From IMG/VR virus record IMGVR_UViG_3300025652_000043, positions 1 to 64,000 of that record: a DNA stretch of 64,000 nucleotides; one strand, written 5' to 3'. Shown here in pieces: positions 41,499-50,790 of the stretch; position 1 is the stretch's first letter; each line of letters starts with the position of its first letter. This DNA is from a virus. The notes below the pieces were generated by a model. The model ran no database searches. It was given only the letters and a program-made list of their open reading frames with translations, and was not told the DNA's origin. The position numbers and the translations under genes are program-made.

Positions 41499-42540
41499 AA
41501 TCTTTTATTGTTTTAGTTATGAAGAAAGGTTTAACTGTTTCTTCATTTGGAATTACTTTAAATTTTTTTATTTCTCCTTTAAATATGAAATCAAAATTTC
41601 TATATTCTTCTTCTTCAGACATGTAATAAGAAAGGTCTTTAGGTATATTTCTATAAGTATAGTAATTACCTTTACTGTCTTTTTGTGCAATATGATCAGG
41701 TGGATAATCACCATTATGGTCATATATTTTAAGATACTCTTCAAAAGCAGTATCTTGAGCTATTTTAACATTATCTCTTGTGATTATAAAGTTAATATTA
41801 GATGTTCCTTTCTTTTCAATAAGGTCTATATAATATTTTCTTATATGTTGTGGAGAAACATTTCTACATTCTCCTCCACCTATTACATTAGCAATTTTTA
41901 TATGTGGTGTACCTTCTAAAGATTCCCAATTTAAATACTCTTCTAATTGCATTAGAAATAATTTAAATATGTCTGGTTTAAAACCAGAAGACAACATTGT
42001 TAATACTTGTCTAATTTCACTTGTACCTAAACAAAATGAATTAAATGTTAATCCACTCTTACCTTCTAAAGGAAAGTAACTTTTATAGTTTCTTGATGGT
42101 AAATGGCTGTGCTGATAAGAAGAAAATATTTCTCCTTCTGTAGCTGTCATTCTTTTACCTTGAAAACTATGAAAAGTAAATCCGTTATTATGACTATAAG
42201 GTAAAAGCTTAATATATAAATCAACAATTTTATGTCTCATTCCAGGAGAATTAGTAATATTAATCTCAGGAAAATATAAAATAAAATCTAAAGTAAAATA
42301 CCTTTCTTTGTCAACTATTAAACCCTCATTTGCATTGACTTTTTTATTGTACCTTAACAAGATATCCCATTTTTCAGGATATACAGCATCTAAACAAGAT
42401 GCTATTGAGTCAATTTTCTCATTGACTCCTTTATAATTTAAACTAAGTTTACCATATTTCTCTATGGCTTTAACAGACCTAATCTTTTTCTCAATAGAAG
42501 ACCTGTTAAATGCTTCTATATAAATATCTTTTCTGTTCAT
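41368..42540 (-). CDS. Putative E2-like ubiquitin-conjugating protein
   Basis: YQHSHLPS...FCLGT resembles the E2 HPN/HPH...CL core, followed by helix and WESLEGTPH; located between Ubl and JAB. Confidence 0.6.
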   Translation of the reverse strand: MNRKDIYIEAFNRSSIEKKIRSVKAIEKYGKLSLNYKGVNEKIDSIASCLDAVYPEKWDILLRYNKKVNANEGLIVDKERYFTLDFILYFPEINITNSPGMRHKIVDLYIKLLPYSHNNGFTFHSFQGKRMTATEGEIFSSYQHSHLPSRNYKSYFPLEGKSGLTFNSFCLGTSEIRQVLTMLSSGFKPDIFKLFLMQLEEYLNWESLEGTPHIKIANVIGGGECRNVSPQHIRKYYIDLIEKKGTSNINFIITRDNVKIAQDTAFEEYLKIYDHNGDYPPDHIAQKDSKGNYYTYRNIPKDLSYYMSEEEEYRNFDFIFKGEIKKFKVIPNEETVKPFFITKTIKDYVTKRIESKIQKSRIRRYIIEQLDTIENTKESTRKNRLFMPEN

Positions 42541-42556
42541 TTTTTTATTTTAAATA

Positions 42557-42587
42557 AAAAGCCAAAGACACTATATCTTTGGCTTTT
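42557..42587 (-). terminator. Intrinsic terminator/attenuator between the Ubl gene and the E2 gene
   Basis: AAAAGCCAAAGA-loop-TCTTTGGCTTTT, 12-bp inverted repeat. Confidence 0.75.
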
Positions 42588-42604
42588 ATGAGTTATAAAT
42601 ATTT

Positions 42605-43585
42605 CTATCTAACATCATTAAATTGACTTCTCATGTCTTGCAACTTTTGATTCAATTCATTTTGTTTTTTCTCTTCAGCTTCAGCTTTTTTTCTTTCTTC
42701 TTTTTCAGCTTTAGCTTTTAATTCAGCCTCCTCTTTAGCTAAAGCTTCTTTTAAAGCTATTGCAGCTTTTTCTTTAATCTTTTTAGCTTTCTTAGCTTCT
42801 TTTGCTAACTGTTTGGTCCAAATTTTAGTAGCCTTATTAAGCTTTTTTTCTAGTCTTTTAGTAATAGCTTCTATATCTTCATGTAAGTCTTCATCTAACT
42901 CACTAAAATTAACTACTCTAAGTAAAGAAATTGCATCAACTAAAGAGTCTAAACTAATATGAGAATTATCTTTAAAATGAGCTAAATTAACCTCCTTCTC
43001 TTCAGTTGTAGAAATTTTTTGAGCATTTTCCTTTACAGACTTAACAATATTAACAACTTTTTGAGCTTTTTCAATAATATTATTAATCCTAGTTTCTTCA
43101 ATATCATCTTTTTTAGGCTTTTCAGCTTTCACCTTTTTAACAGGTGTTTTCTTTACTTTTGGTGTAACTGATGTCATACCTAAATCTTCTAAAGCTGGTA
43201 TTGTACCAGTATAGTTGCTTAATAATGCTCTTAAGATTTCTGTACCTTTAATGGTGTAATTTTTACCACCTCCATTAAAGTAGTCTTTAGCAGTTCCATC
43301 ACCAGCCACAAGCTCTTTAATTGTAGCCCTAAGTTGCTTATAACTATAAGCTGATACATCTGCACCAGCTTTAGTTTTTTTGTTCATTAGAAATAAGGTA
43401 AAACCTTCAGTAGGTAATACAGCTCCATCAGCTTCTAATGTTAACTTATTCTCTCCAATAACAGCTTTCATCTTGTTATAAGAAACATTATTTGCATCTA
43501 AATCATTTTGTAACTCACCCCAATTTTTGGCATCAGTGGTCACTTCTTTTTCACCCATTTGGGTGGAGAAAACTTTTACTATCAT
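42605..43585 (-). CDS. Ubiquitin-like (beta-grasp) domain fused to a helical, Lys-rich coiled-coil region
   Basis: Residues 1-74 show a beta-beta-alpha-beta-beta pattern ending FTLFLMNKKTKAG; operon with E2-like, JAB and E1 genes. Confidence 0.6.
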   Translation of the reverse strand: MIVKVFSTQMGEKEVTTDAKNWGELQNDLDANNVSYNKMKAVIGENKLTLEADGAVLPTEGFTLFLMNKKTKAGADVSAYSYKQLRATIKELVAGDGTAKDYFNGGGKNYTIKGTEILRALLSNYTGTIPALEDLGMTSVTPKVKKTPVKKVKAEKPKKDDIEETRINNIIEKAQKVVNIVKSVKENAQKISTTEEKEVNLAHFKDNSHISLDSLVDAISLLRVVNFSELDEDLHEDIEAITKRLEKKLNKATKIWTKQLAKEAKKAKKIKEKAAIALKEALAKEEAELKAKAEKEERKKAEAEEKKQNELNQKLQDMRSQFNDVR

Positions 43586-43606
43586 CTATAAAATTTTTGT
43601 TTGTTA

Positions 43607-44665
43607 TTATTTTATTAATTTATTCTCTAACAAGAAGTTTGTTAGAGGTACTTTACCTTTATTTTTTATAAGGTCTGCAGGATCAGAAATTTTATCTCTT
43701 AATAGACTTGTTTTAAGATGAATACCCCTTGATTTTTTAGGGTAAACACTATTAATTTTATCTACTAATTTTTCTGAAGCAATTATTCCTGCTCTATCAT
43801 TATCAAAAAATACTATAATCTCCTTAAATCTCTCTAGGAGTGGATACAATATTTCATCATTTGGGTACATTCCTTCATTTTGAAAAGCTATAACATTTAA
43901 TCCTTGATTTTTAAGAATTCTCCAATCCTTATAAGATTTAGTTATTATTAATTGCTTTCCTTTTAAGGGTAAATTATTTAGTCCCCAAATATCATTTGCA
44001 CAACAATTTGTAGCCCATTTACCTTTTCCTTTTTTATCAGGTGTATATATTTTAACTCTAGGATTAAAATTACCCACTAGATAAGACCTAGTTTGAGGTC
44101 TTATTACTACATGAGACCTTAATCTTTTAGAAAAAACTTTATACCAAATTATAGGGAAGACATTATCTTCTATAAGGTCACTCCTACTAATTTCTAAAGG
44201 AGACCAGAAATCCTTATCTCCAAGAGAGTTAAACATTCTGACTTTAAATGGCATTTCATGTGAGATTTTCTTTTTACTTTTTACTTGAATAATCTCTTTC
44301 TTTTTATTGGCAACATAATCAGAGTCATCATGATGACCTGCTAATAAATTTAGTTTAAAATGGTCATTAACTATTTCTAAAGATTTATAAAAAGATACTT
44401 CAAAATGGTCTTGTACCATATTAAAACAATCTCTATGTTTTCTTTTTTGAATAGGTTCTGCCCAATCTATAAACCAAAAAGTATTTTTATACCATTCAAA
44501 ATAGCAATCAGGTAGGTTATCTTTTCTAAAAGGAGAATGAACATATTGATGTTCTGTAGGCATATAACCTAATATCATTTTAAAAATGTCTTGTTGTGAA
44601 ATTTTAGCTAATATATCCTCTTTAGATATATAAACTCTTGCTTCTCTATAACCATATCCACCCAT
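43607..44665 (-). CDS. DNA primase (TOPRIM)
   Basis: SPFRKDNLPDC, LIITKSYKD, AFQNEG, FFDNDRAG and SDPAD. Confidence 0.85.
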   Translation of the reverse strand: MGGYGYREARVYISKEDILAKISQQDIFKMILGYMPTEHQYVHSPFRKDNLPDCYFEWYKNTFWFIDWAEPIQKRKHRDCFNMVQDHFEVSFYKSLEIVNDHFKLNLLAGHHDDSDYVANKKKEIIQVKSKKKISHEMPFKVRMFNSLGDKDFWSPLEISRSDLIEDNVFPIIWYKVFSKRLRSHVVIRPQTRSYLVGNFNPRVKIYTPDKKGKGKWATNCCANDIWGLNNLPLKGKQLIITKSYKDWRILKNQGLNVIAFQNEGMYPNDEILYPLLERFKEIIVFFDNDRAGIIASEKLVDKINSVYPKKSRGIHLKTSLLRDKISDPADLIKNKGKVPLTNFLLENKLIK

Positions 44666-44694
44666 TATTGTCTTTGCTATTTATGTTAATATAA

Positions 44695-44724
44695 AAAGAG
44701 GTCAAGTATTAACTCAACCTCTTT
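44695..44724 (-). terminator. Intrinsic terminator after SSB
   Basis: AAAGAGGT...ACCTCTTT stem with a T-tract on the minus strand. Confidence 0.6.
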
Positions 44725-44736
44725 CTACTTATTTTA

Positions 44737-45516
44737 TTACCAATCTCCACCATCAGAAGCTGATGCAGAACTTTGCATAGCAGCACCACCTGCTGATTGA
44801 GCTTCTTTTTGCTGATGAGCAAAATTAGATTCCATAAACCATCCATTTCTAGTGAAAGGATGCTTATTTCCATCTGTGTCAACATACCTCAATGCAACTT
44901 CATTTAAAGCTGCTGCTGGGTTTTGTTGTTTCTCCCATTTACCTACAGGAGCAATAGATGCTTGTAACCATCTACCATGCTTCATGTTCTTTGGAAACTC
45001 TAAATAAGTGTTCTTAGCTTCTCCACCAATTTGCCATTGCCATACTCCAAAGCCATCAAGAGGCTTTGTAGCAAAGTCTTCAGGTAAAAGATTAGCTAAA
45101 ATGTCACAAAAGTGTTTGAATCCACTTATTTGTGTTTGCAAAGCAGCTTGAATATCTGCTTTAGGTACAAAACAACCAACAATGTGAGTCAAAATTTGAC
45201 TTAACAATTGTTTCTCTGCTGCAATAGCAGGATGATTAGGGTCAGTAACTTCTACTTGTCCCCCTGTAGCTTCATCTTTCACATAAGCTCTTGTGATAGG
45301 AAACTTTCTGTATCCTCTATCATTTCCATCAATAGTGAACATGATGTCCATTGCTTCTAAATCTGCTCCATCTTTTCCACCATGCATAGTGTGTTGAAAC
45401 TTGGTAAGTCTTACATTACCTGCATTTAAACCAAAGACAAATGAACTCTCTTTAGCTTTATGCTCTGAAAAGCCATACCCTGACTGTGCAGGAGCTTTTG
45501 CGTTTGTATTATCCAT
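44737..45516 (-). CDS. Putative single-stranded DNA-binding protein
   Basis: Lies between the Sak4-like ATPase and primase; flexible tail ending acidic-aromatic (SDGGDW). Confidence 0.55.
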   Translation of the reverse strand: MDNTNAKAPAQSGYGFSEHKAKESSFVFGLNAGNVRLTKFQHTMHGGKDGADLEAMDIMFTIDGNDRGYRKFPITRAYVKDEATGGQVEVTDPNHPAIAAEKQLLSQILTHIVGCFVPKADIQAALQTQISGFKHFCDILANLLPEDFATKPLDGFGVWQWQIGGEAKNTYLEFPKNMKHGRWLQASIAPVGKWEKQQNPAAALNEVALRYVDTDGNKHPFTRNGWFMESNFAHQQKEAQSAGGAAMQSSASASDGGDW

Positions 45517-45572
45517 AAATTTTATTGAATTTATAAAGTTATAAAATTATTTTTTACCAGTCTAATAGATGA

Positions 45573-45890
45573 TTAAAATTCATCTGAAATTTCTGGATCT
45601 TGAGCTATAAGTTCTGGTATTTCCATTACCTCTTCCATTATTGGTTGTGGGTCTGTAAGCTCTGCTGTTCCAACTTCTTCAGTATCATCTATTAAGACAA
45701 ATCCTGGGGCAGGAGTAGTTTTTCTTCCTTTCAATTTTTCATGAGAAAATAAAGCTTTCATATCTTTTCCTGAAAGCTTGTACTTTGCTTGAATCATTGC
45801 TCTTGTTAGCCCATTTCCTAAATCAGCTAATACTCCACTTACTGTTAACTGCACTGTTGTTGGTGCAGTATTTTCACTTAAATCTGACAT
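45573..45890 (-). CDS. Hypothetical protein (HTH-like, acidic tail)
   Basis: VLADLGNGLTRAMIQAKYKLS...LFSHEKLKG, with an acidic C-terminus. Confidence 0.6.
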   Translation of the reverse strand: MSDLSENTAPTTVQLTVSGVLADLGNGLTRAMIQAKYKLSGKDMKALFSHEKLKGRKTTPAPGFVLIDDTEEVGTAELTDPQPIMEEVMEIPELIAQDPEISDEF

Positions 45891-45920
45891 ATCTGTCTAT
45901 TTTTAATATTAATTAATAAA

Positions 45921-46670
45921 TTATTGTTTTACTACTTCCTTTTTTGTTTCAACTCCATGGTTGTAGTTATGTAGAGCTTTTGCCACTGCACCTAAATCAT
46001 TAAGAATATAAACATCCTCAAACATTCCAACAGGGGACTTTGCAGGGAATTGTCCATCAAAGTTGGTTACAAATGATTTTGTAACTTTCTTTTCTTTATC
46101 ATCCCATTCTTGTTTCCCATAAAGAACTATTGTAAACAGTCCTTCTAAGGTCACTTTACTATCTAGCATTTTACCAATAGTTTTCATTTTATAGCTAGTT
46201 TGAAAACTATTCTCAATCACTTCTGAATGAGTAAGTACAAAGAAGTTTAAATCTTCTCTTCCCATAATTCCAGCATTGATTACATCATAAGCATTTTTGG
46301 CAAGTTTATTAAACTTATCAAAACCTGCTTTTAATGCATTAGCCATAAATTCTTCAGACATTAAATATTGATAATCATCAATAACAATGTTTTGAATATC
46401 AGGTCTATTTGCATTAACAAAGTTTATTACTTTGATAATGTCATAAGGATTAGAACTTCCTAAATAGTTTCCTATTTTAGGTGGTCCTTTACTTATGTCT
46501 ACTGGTGTGTACTTATTTTTCCATCCTCTAAATGGAAGTGGTTTACTCTTTACATTAATTAGAAAAGTCTCTTCAGGCTTTAGACCCATAATACCTAGTT
46601 CAGGTATATGTCCTAAAGATGTGGTTTTTCCAAATCCACTCTCTGTTACTACTGCTACTGCATTTGACAT
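45921..46670 (-). CDS. AAA ATPase, Sak4-like recombinase
   Basis: ESGFGKTTS Walker A, IVIDDYQY Walker B, KTIGKMLD, TLEGLFTIVL and AKSPVGMF. Confidence 0.8.
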   Translation of the reverse strand: MSNAVAVVTESGFGKTTSLGHIPELGIMGLKPEETFLINVKSKPLPFRGWKNKYTPVDISKGPPKIGNYLGSSNPYDIIKVINFVNANRPDIQNIVIDDYQYLMSEEFMANALKAGFDKFNKLAKNAYDVINAGIMGREDLNFFVLTHSEVIENSFQTSYKMKTIGKMLDSKVTLEGLFTIVLYGKQEWDDKEKKVTKSFVTNFDGQFPAKSPVGMFEDVYILNDLGAVAKALHNYNHGVETKKEVVKQ

Positions 46671-46684
46671 AAAATTTGTCTCTT

Positions 46685-47863
46685 TTAATAATCTCCATAT
46701 CCATCTCTCTCTACCAATTCTTCAAACATATTAATGTTTCCTTTCATGATAGTTCTAAAGTGTATAGGACATTCAGTATCTCTACTTTCTACAAGGTGTA
46801 TTGAGATATAATTTGGATATAATTCATCATTAGCTGTATTCTTAATCTGCAAACCAAAGTGCTTAGTAAGACCATATTTATCATCATTAGGATTCATCAT
46901 TGTAAAGATATAATCTGCCTCCTCTGAAAGGTTTCCTGTCTCTTTAATGTCATCTCCTGTTGGATAAATAAACTCACTATTATACTTTAATCTTTGCACA
47001 TCACTCATACCTCTGTTAAGGTGAATAATATCAATAAATGTGAAACCACACCAATTCCTAAATTCCACTTGATATTCAATCATTTTATCTACAGTCTGCT
47101 TCTTGTGAAAATTTCTTTCAGCTTTGAGCTTCCTTAAATGGTCTGTAATAATAATGGTGAATTTATTGGGGTTATTAGGTATCCAGGATTCTCTTTTCTC
47201 TTTCATCTCATAGAGTGGAGAGCCATCATGGTCTTTACCAACTTCAATTTTGTAATGGGTTTTATTCCATGTACCATGTTGAGATGAGTATCTTCCTAGA
47301 TAGTTTCTGATTCCTGTTGGATTATCTCTGACTTCTACAAATTCAATTAAACCTTTTTCTAGTTGTTTGCCTTTTTGATCGTACTTACCAAAAAGAGGGA
47401 TAATTTTATTATTGTATATTTCAAGGACAATTCTTTGATGCTCTTCTGATGGTATAATAACTTTATCTTCATTATCTCTCATTTTACCCTCAAGGTAATT
47501 TGGAGTTAAATCATATACTTCATTTTTCCAATCAAAAGTTGTAATTCCATAATCTCTTGCCATGAAGAAAGTTACATACTTAAACTCCTTCTTAACTCTA
47601 CTTATTTCAAATGAAAAATATATCCATTCTACTTCTAAGTTTTTAGGGTTCCCCCTGTTCAATTCTTCTAGATAATATTCTGATGGACTTATAACAAAAC
47701 CAAAATCAGTAAAGGTAGTTTTACCTACTTTTGGACCTGCTGCAATTCCATAGATTGCTTCTCTTTGAATACCTCCAACTAATCTATCTATTTTAGATAT
47801 TCCTGTAGGTAAACCAAAGTTTAGACCTTTCAGTCCTTGTTGAAATCTATATTCAAAGTTCAT
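46685..47863 (-). CDS. DnaB-like replicative helicase
   Basis: GLPTG, AAGPKVGKT, YFSFEIS, IITDHL, HLNR and DIKETGNLSEEADY. Confidence 0.8.
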   Translation of the reverse strand: MNFEYRFQQGLKGLNFGLPTGISKIDRLVGGIQREAIYGIAAGPKVGKTTFTDFGFVISPSEYYLEELNRGNPKNLEVEWIYFSFEISRVKKEFKYVTFFMARDYGITTFDWKNEVYDLTPNYLEGKMRDNEDKVIIPSEEHQRIVLEIYNNKIIPLFGKYDQKGKQLEKGLIEFVEVRDNPTGIRNYLGRYSSQHGTWNKTHYKIEVGKDHDGSPLYEMKEKRESWIPNNPNKFTIIITDHLRKLKAERNFHKKQTVDKMIEYQVEFRNWCGFTFIDIIHLNRGMSDVQRLKYNSEFIYPTGDDIKETGNLSEEADYIFTMMNPNDDKYGLTKHFGLQIKNTANDELYPNYISIHLVESRDTECPIHFRTIMKGNINMFEELVERDGYGDY

Positions 47864-47864
47864 A

Positions 47865-48419
47865 TTATCTCATTTTACTACTTCTACCATCCACTGTACC
47901 TGAAACTTTAACTAGCTCAACATACTGTTCCAATAAACTCACTCTACTAACTCCTGTACCCTCATAAATAAATTTATGAGCAGATTTTAAATATTGTGGG
48001 TCTGAAACAGTTTTGATATAGGCTTCAGTTGCAGCTTTTACATCTTGCATCCTTATTTCAGGGTTTTCTGCAAAAAACTTTTTCATTCTACTTACTACAG
48101 CAGATTTAGTTCCTTTTCTATCAGGATTTATCCTTCCAAAAGTTTCTCTAAATCCCTCAGTCCAAGCAAATGCTTCTTCTTTCTCTTCATTAAACAATGG
48201 AACTTTCCATTTTAAGGTATGTGGCTGTGAAGAGTTATCTTTATAAATTCTTTCCACTATACCTAAAGCATTAACTTGCTTTCTAGTTACTTCTGATATA
48301 CTCTCTGTGTCTATGCCAAAATAAATGCCTAATAGATAAAGCTTTGCTTCACCTTTGTTGACTTTATATGAGCTTAAACTAGCAAGTATATCAGAGTTAA
48401 TTGTTACTATTTTTGCCAT
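47865..48419 (-). CDS. Hypothetical replication protein (possible initiator/helicase loader)
   Basis: 184 aa directly upstream of the helicase; YLKSAHKFIY motif. Confidence 0.5.
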   Translation of the reverse strand: MAKIVTINSDILASLSSYKVNKGEAKLYLLGIYFGIDTESISEVTRKQVNALGIVERIYKDNSSQPHTLKWKVPLFNEEKEEAFAWTEGFRETFGRINPDRKGTKSAVVSRMKKFFAENPEIRMQDVKAATEAYIKTVSDPQYLKSAHKFIYEGTGVSRVSLLEQYVELVKVSGTVDGRSSKMR

Positions 48420-48864
48420 TTATTATTTTTATTAAAGGTTCAGGACTACAAATTCCATATCCTGCAGACATTACATCATTAATAGATAAACAAGGTTTAT
48501 CCATTAAAACATATTCTTTAGCTTTTTCTACTGTTGAAAATGCTTTATAAACACCAGGTTTCCTTTTTATCAAGTTAACATGACTTTTAGAAAAAGGTAT
48601 ACAATATTGATATTTAGCATTAATAACCCATGCAATCTTATCACCTTCAAACACATCAACACCATCTTCTGTTATAAGTAATGGTTTTTCAGATATTTTA
48701 TCATCGTCTTCTGAGCCTAAATGTAATTCAACTTCTGTTATTTTTCCTTTCTTGTTAGTGTATGTCCAAGTATTCCAGAGTCCTTGTTCTTTATAAAAGG
48801 ACTCTTTCATATCTTCTAAATCCTCTTCTGAAAAATATATTTTAACTTTCATCCTCTTCATCAT
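48397..48864 (-). CDS. Hypothetical protein
   Basis: TEDGVDVFEGD...FSTVEKAKEYVLMDKPCLSINDV. Confidence 0.65.
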   Translation of the reverse strand: MMKRMKVKIYFSEEDLEDMKESFYKEQGLWNTWTYTNKKGKITEVELHLGSEDDDKISEKPLLITEDGVDVFEGDKIAWVINAKYQYCIPFSKSHVNLIKRKPGVYKAFSTVEKAKEYVLMDKPCLSINDVMSAGYGICSPEPLIKIINGKNSNN

Positions 48865-48976
48865 ATCCTACTGGATTTTTAATTATTTCTCCACATTCAC
48901 ATTCTACTCTTGTTGGATTTTCTTTGTCTTTACCAAAATTATCTCCACATGTGGGACATCTTAAATCTACTGCCAT
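48842..48976 (-). CDS. Small zinc-ribbon protein (44 aa; not in track)
   Basis: MAVDLRCPTCGDNFGKDKENPTRVECECGEIIKNPVGYDEEDES*, with CxxC...CxC. Confidence 0.6.
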   Translation of the reverse strand: MAVDLRCPTCGDNFGKDKENPTRVECECGEIIKNPVGYDEEDES

Positions 48977-48987
48977 ATCTCTTGTTT

Positions 48988-49167
48988 TTAATTGGTTATA
49001 ATATAAGCCCTGTCATTAGGCTCAATTGTTATTGATAAATTTAATGGAATACCTTCAGCTCTTACCCTAACTCTATTTTTCCTGTCTATTCCATCTTCTA
49101 CAACTACAGCTTTTCTTATAAGACCGTTGTCATTTACTTCTACTAAATCTCCTTTTTTAAACTCCAT
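48988..49167 (-). CDS. Small SH3/KOW-like protein (59 aa; not in track)
   Basis: MEFKKGDLVEVNDNGLIRKAVVVEDG...; fills the gap in the operon. Confidence 0.6.
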   Translation of the reverse strand: MEFKKGDLVEVNDNGLIRKAVVVEDGIDRKNRVRVRAEGIPLNLSITIEPNDRAYIITN

Positions 49168-49169
49168 GT

Positions 49170-49463
49170 TTATTTTTTCTTTTTTAATTTTGGTTTGTCC
49201 ATTAAACTATTATACCACTTAACATATCTTACTAAGACTTCATAAGTGTTTTTTAACATGCTATTTTCAGTGTCTACACACCATATCATGTCATTTTTCC
49301 TAATTTGTGATTCAAGGGAATTAACTGTCAGTTCACAATTGATTTTTTCAACTATTAACATTAGATACTCCCATGATTCATCAAATTGCATGTAATTCTT
49401 AGAATCAACATATTTCTTAGTCTGAATATCTCCTAAGTAGTCCATTAATAAGACATTGCTCAT
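49170..49463 (-). CDS. Hypothetical phage protein
   Basis: FDESWEYLMLIVEKIN...YVKWYN. Confidence 0.65.
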   Translation of the reverse strand: MSNVLLMDYLGDIQTKKYVDSKNYMQFDESWEYLMLIVEKINCELTVNSLESQIRKNDMIWCVDTENSMLKNTYEVLVRYVKWYNSLMDKPKLKKKK

Positions 49464-50587
49464 ACTTCAGATTGATTTAACATATTCTTAAATCTTAGAT
49501 ATTCAATTTTAGCTTTATCAAAATTCTCTAAAGTAGATTTTATCCAACTTTCATCTTGAGTGCCAATTAATGAAACAATCCAAATGGTTGCTTGATAATC
49601 TTTTTGATCTAAGAGTGTTCTAGCTATCTTTTGAGATGTTAACCCATTTTTATCTGAATCACATTGAGTTAAAATAAGGTGGTCTATTGCTCTATAAGTA
49701 AAGCCTGTTCCACCAGCATTAACCATGGCTATTTCATCAATCTCTCCTGCCTGAAACTTCTTTAAATCTATATTATCAGTTTTACTATGATAAGTATGTT
49801 CACATAAAAGTTCTGCTTGTGCAATTGTAGCTGAAAAAATCAATTTTCTACCTATTAAATGTTCTTTAATCAACCACTGTGCAGCTTCAGTTTTAGCAGG
49901 AGAGTTCTTAATTGCCCTCATCCTAGCTAAAATTCTAAATGTCATATCTGACCTTCTTTGAAAAATAGATTGTTGAGCCATATTATGTAAATAAGTATAT
50001 TGTTTCTGTTCAGAGGTCAAAAACTTTTTATCCTTATTACCTGCTTCAATCTCCTTCTTAGTGCCCATATCAACTTCTACAACTTTAATACTATAGTTAG
50101 CTAAAAGCTTAAGATTCACTGCATTAGTGATACTTATGTTAACTAATACTTCAAGGTTTAACTTCTTATAAAGTTCTTTCTTATGGTCATGCTTACTAGC
50201 TGTACCTGTCATAGAGATAATATTGACATAATCAATACTTCTATTTAACAGGTTTTCAAGATTATTTTCAGTTGCAAATTGCTCCTCATCAAGAATAATC
50301 ATATCAAAAAATCCTACTATTTTATTAAGTGACATCCAAGTCACAGTAGTAAGTTTTTTCAAATATCTTTTAGCTCCCCAATTTTCAAATTCTGCAGGTA
50401 TATCTTTCTCAGCTAATTCTGAGGAAGGTGTTACCCATAAAATAGATTCTGGTTTTTCTCTCTTAATAATATCAATTCCTATTTTAGTTTTACCTACTCT
50501 AGGAGCTAATATTAATCTTCCATGTGGCTTGTGTTCAAGACCATCCACAATTTCTTTCTGTATTCTACTTTTTTCTTTGTTGTTCAT
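49460..50587 (-). CDS. Superfamily 2 helicase/ATPase
   Basis: APRVGKT, IILDEEQ, SMTGT and QKIART. Confidence 0.8.
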   Translation of the reverse strand: MNNKEKSRIQKEIVDGLEHKPHGRLILAPRVGKTKIGIDIIKREKPESILWVTPSSELAEKDIPAEFENWGAKRYLKKLTTVTWMSLNKIVGFFDMIILDEEQFATENNLENLLNRSIDYVNIISMTGTASKHDHKKELYKKLNLEVLVNISITNAVNLKLLANYSIKVVEVDMGTKKEIEAGNKDKKFLTSEQKQYTYLHNMAQQSIFQRRSDMTFRILARMRAIKNSPAKTEAAQWLIKEHLIGRKLIFSATIAQAELLCEHTYHSKTDNIDLKKFQAGEIDEIAMVNAGGTGFTYRAIDHLILTQCDSDKNGLTSQKIARTLLDQKDYQATIWIVSLIGTQDESWIKSTLENFDKAKIEYLRFKNMLNQSEV

Positions 50588-50790
50588 GATTCTTTTAATT
50601 CTAATTCTCTATGTTTATCTGATTTATGTGCTACCATTAGTGTAGCCAAACTAGAATCATCAAAAATCTTAATGTGATTTACAATAAGATTCATACAAAT
50701 TTTTGTTTGCTCATGAGTTTTACAACTAGATATTATTCTAAGTATCCATTGAGCCACTTTATATTTATTCATAATTTTAAGGTTAGTGAA
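50584..50790 (-). CDS. Hypothetical protein
   Basis: Small ORF (WILRIISSCKTHEQ) downstream of PolA; start uncertain (50790 or 50772 more likely than 50820). Confidence 0.5.
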   Translation of the reverse strand, partial: FTNLKIMNKYKVAQWILRIISSCKTHEQTKICMNLIVNHIKIFDDSSLATLMVAHKSDKHRELELKES

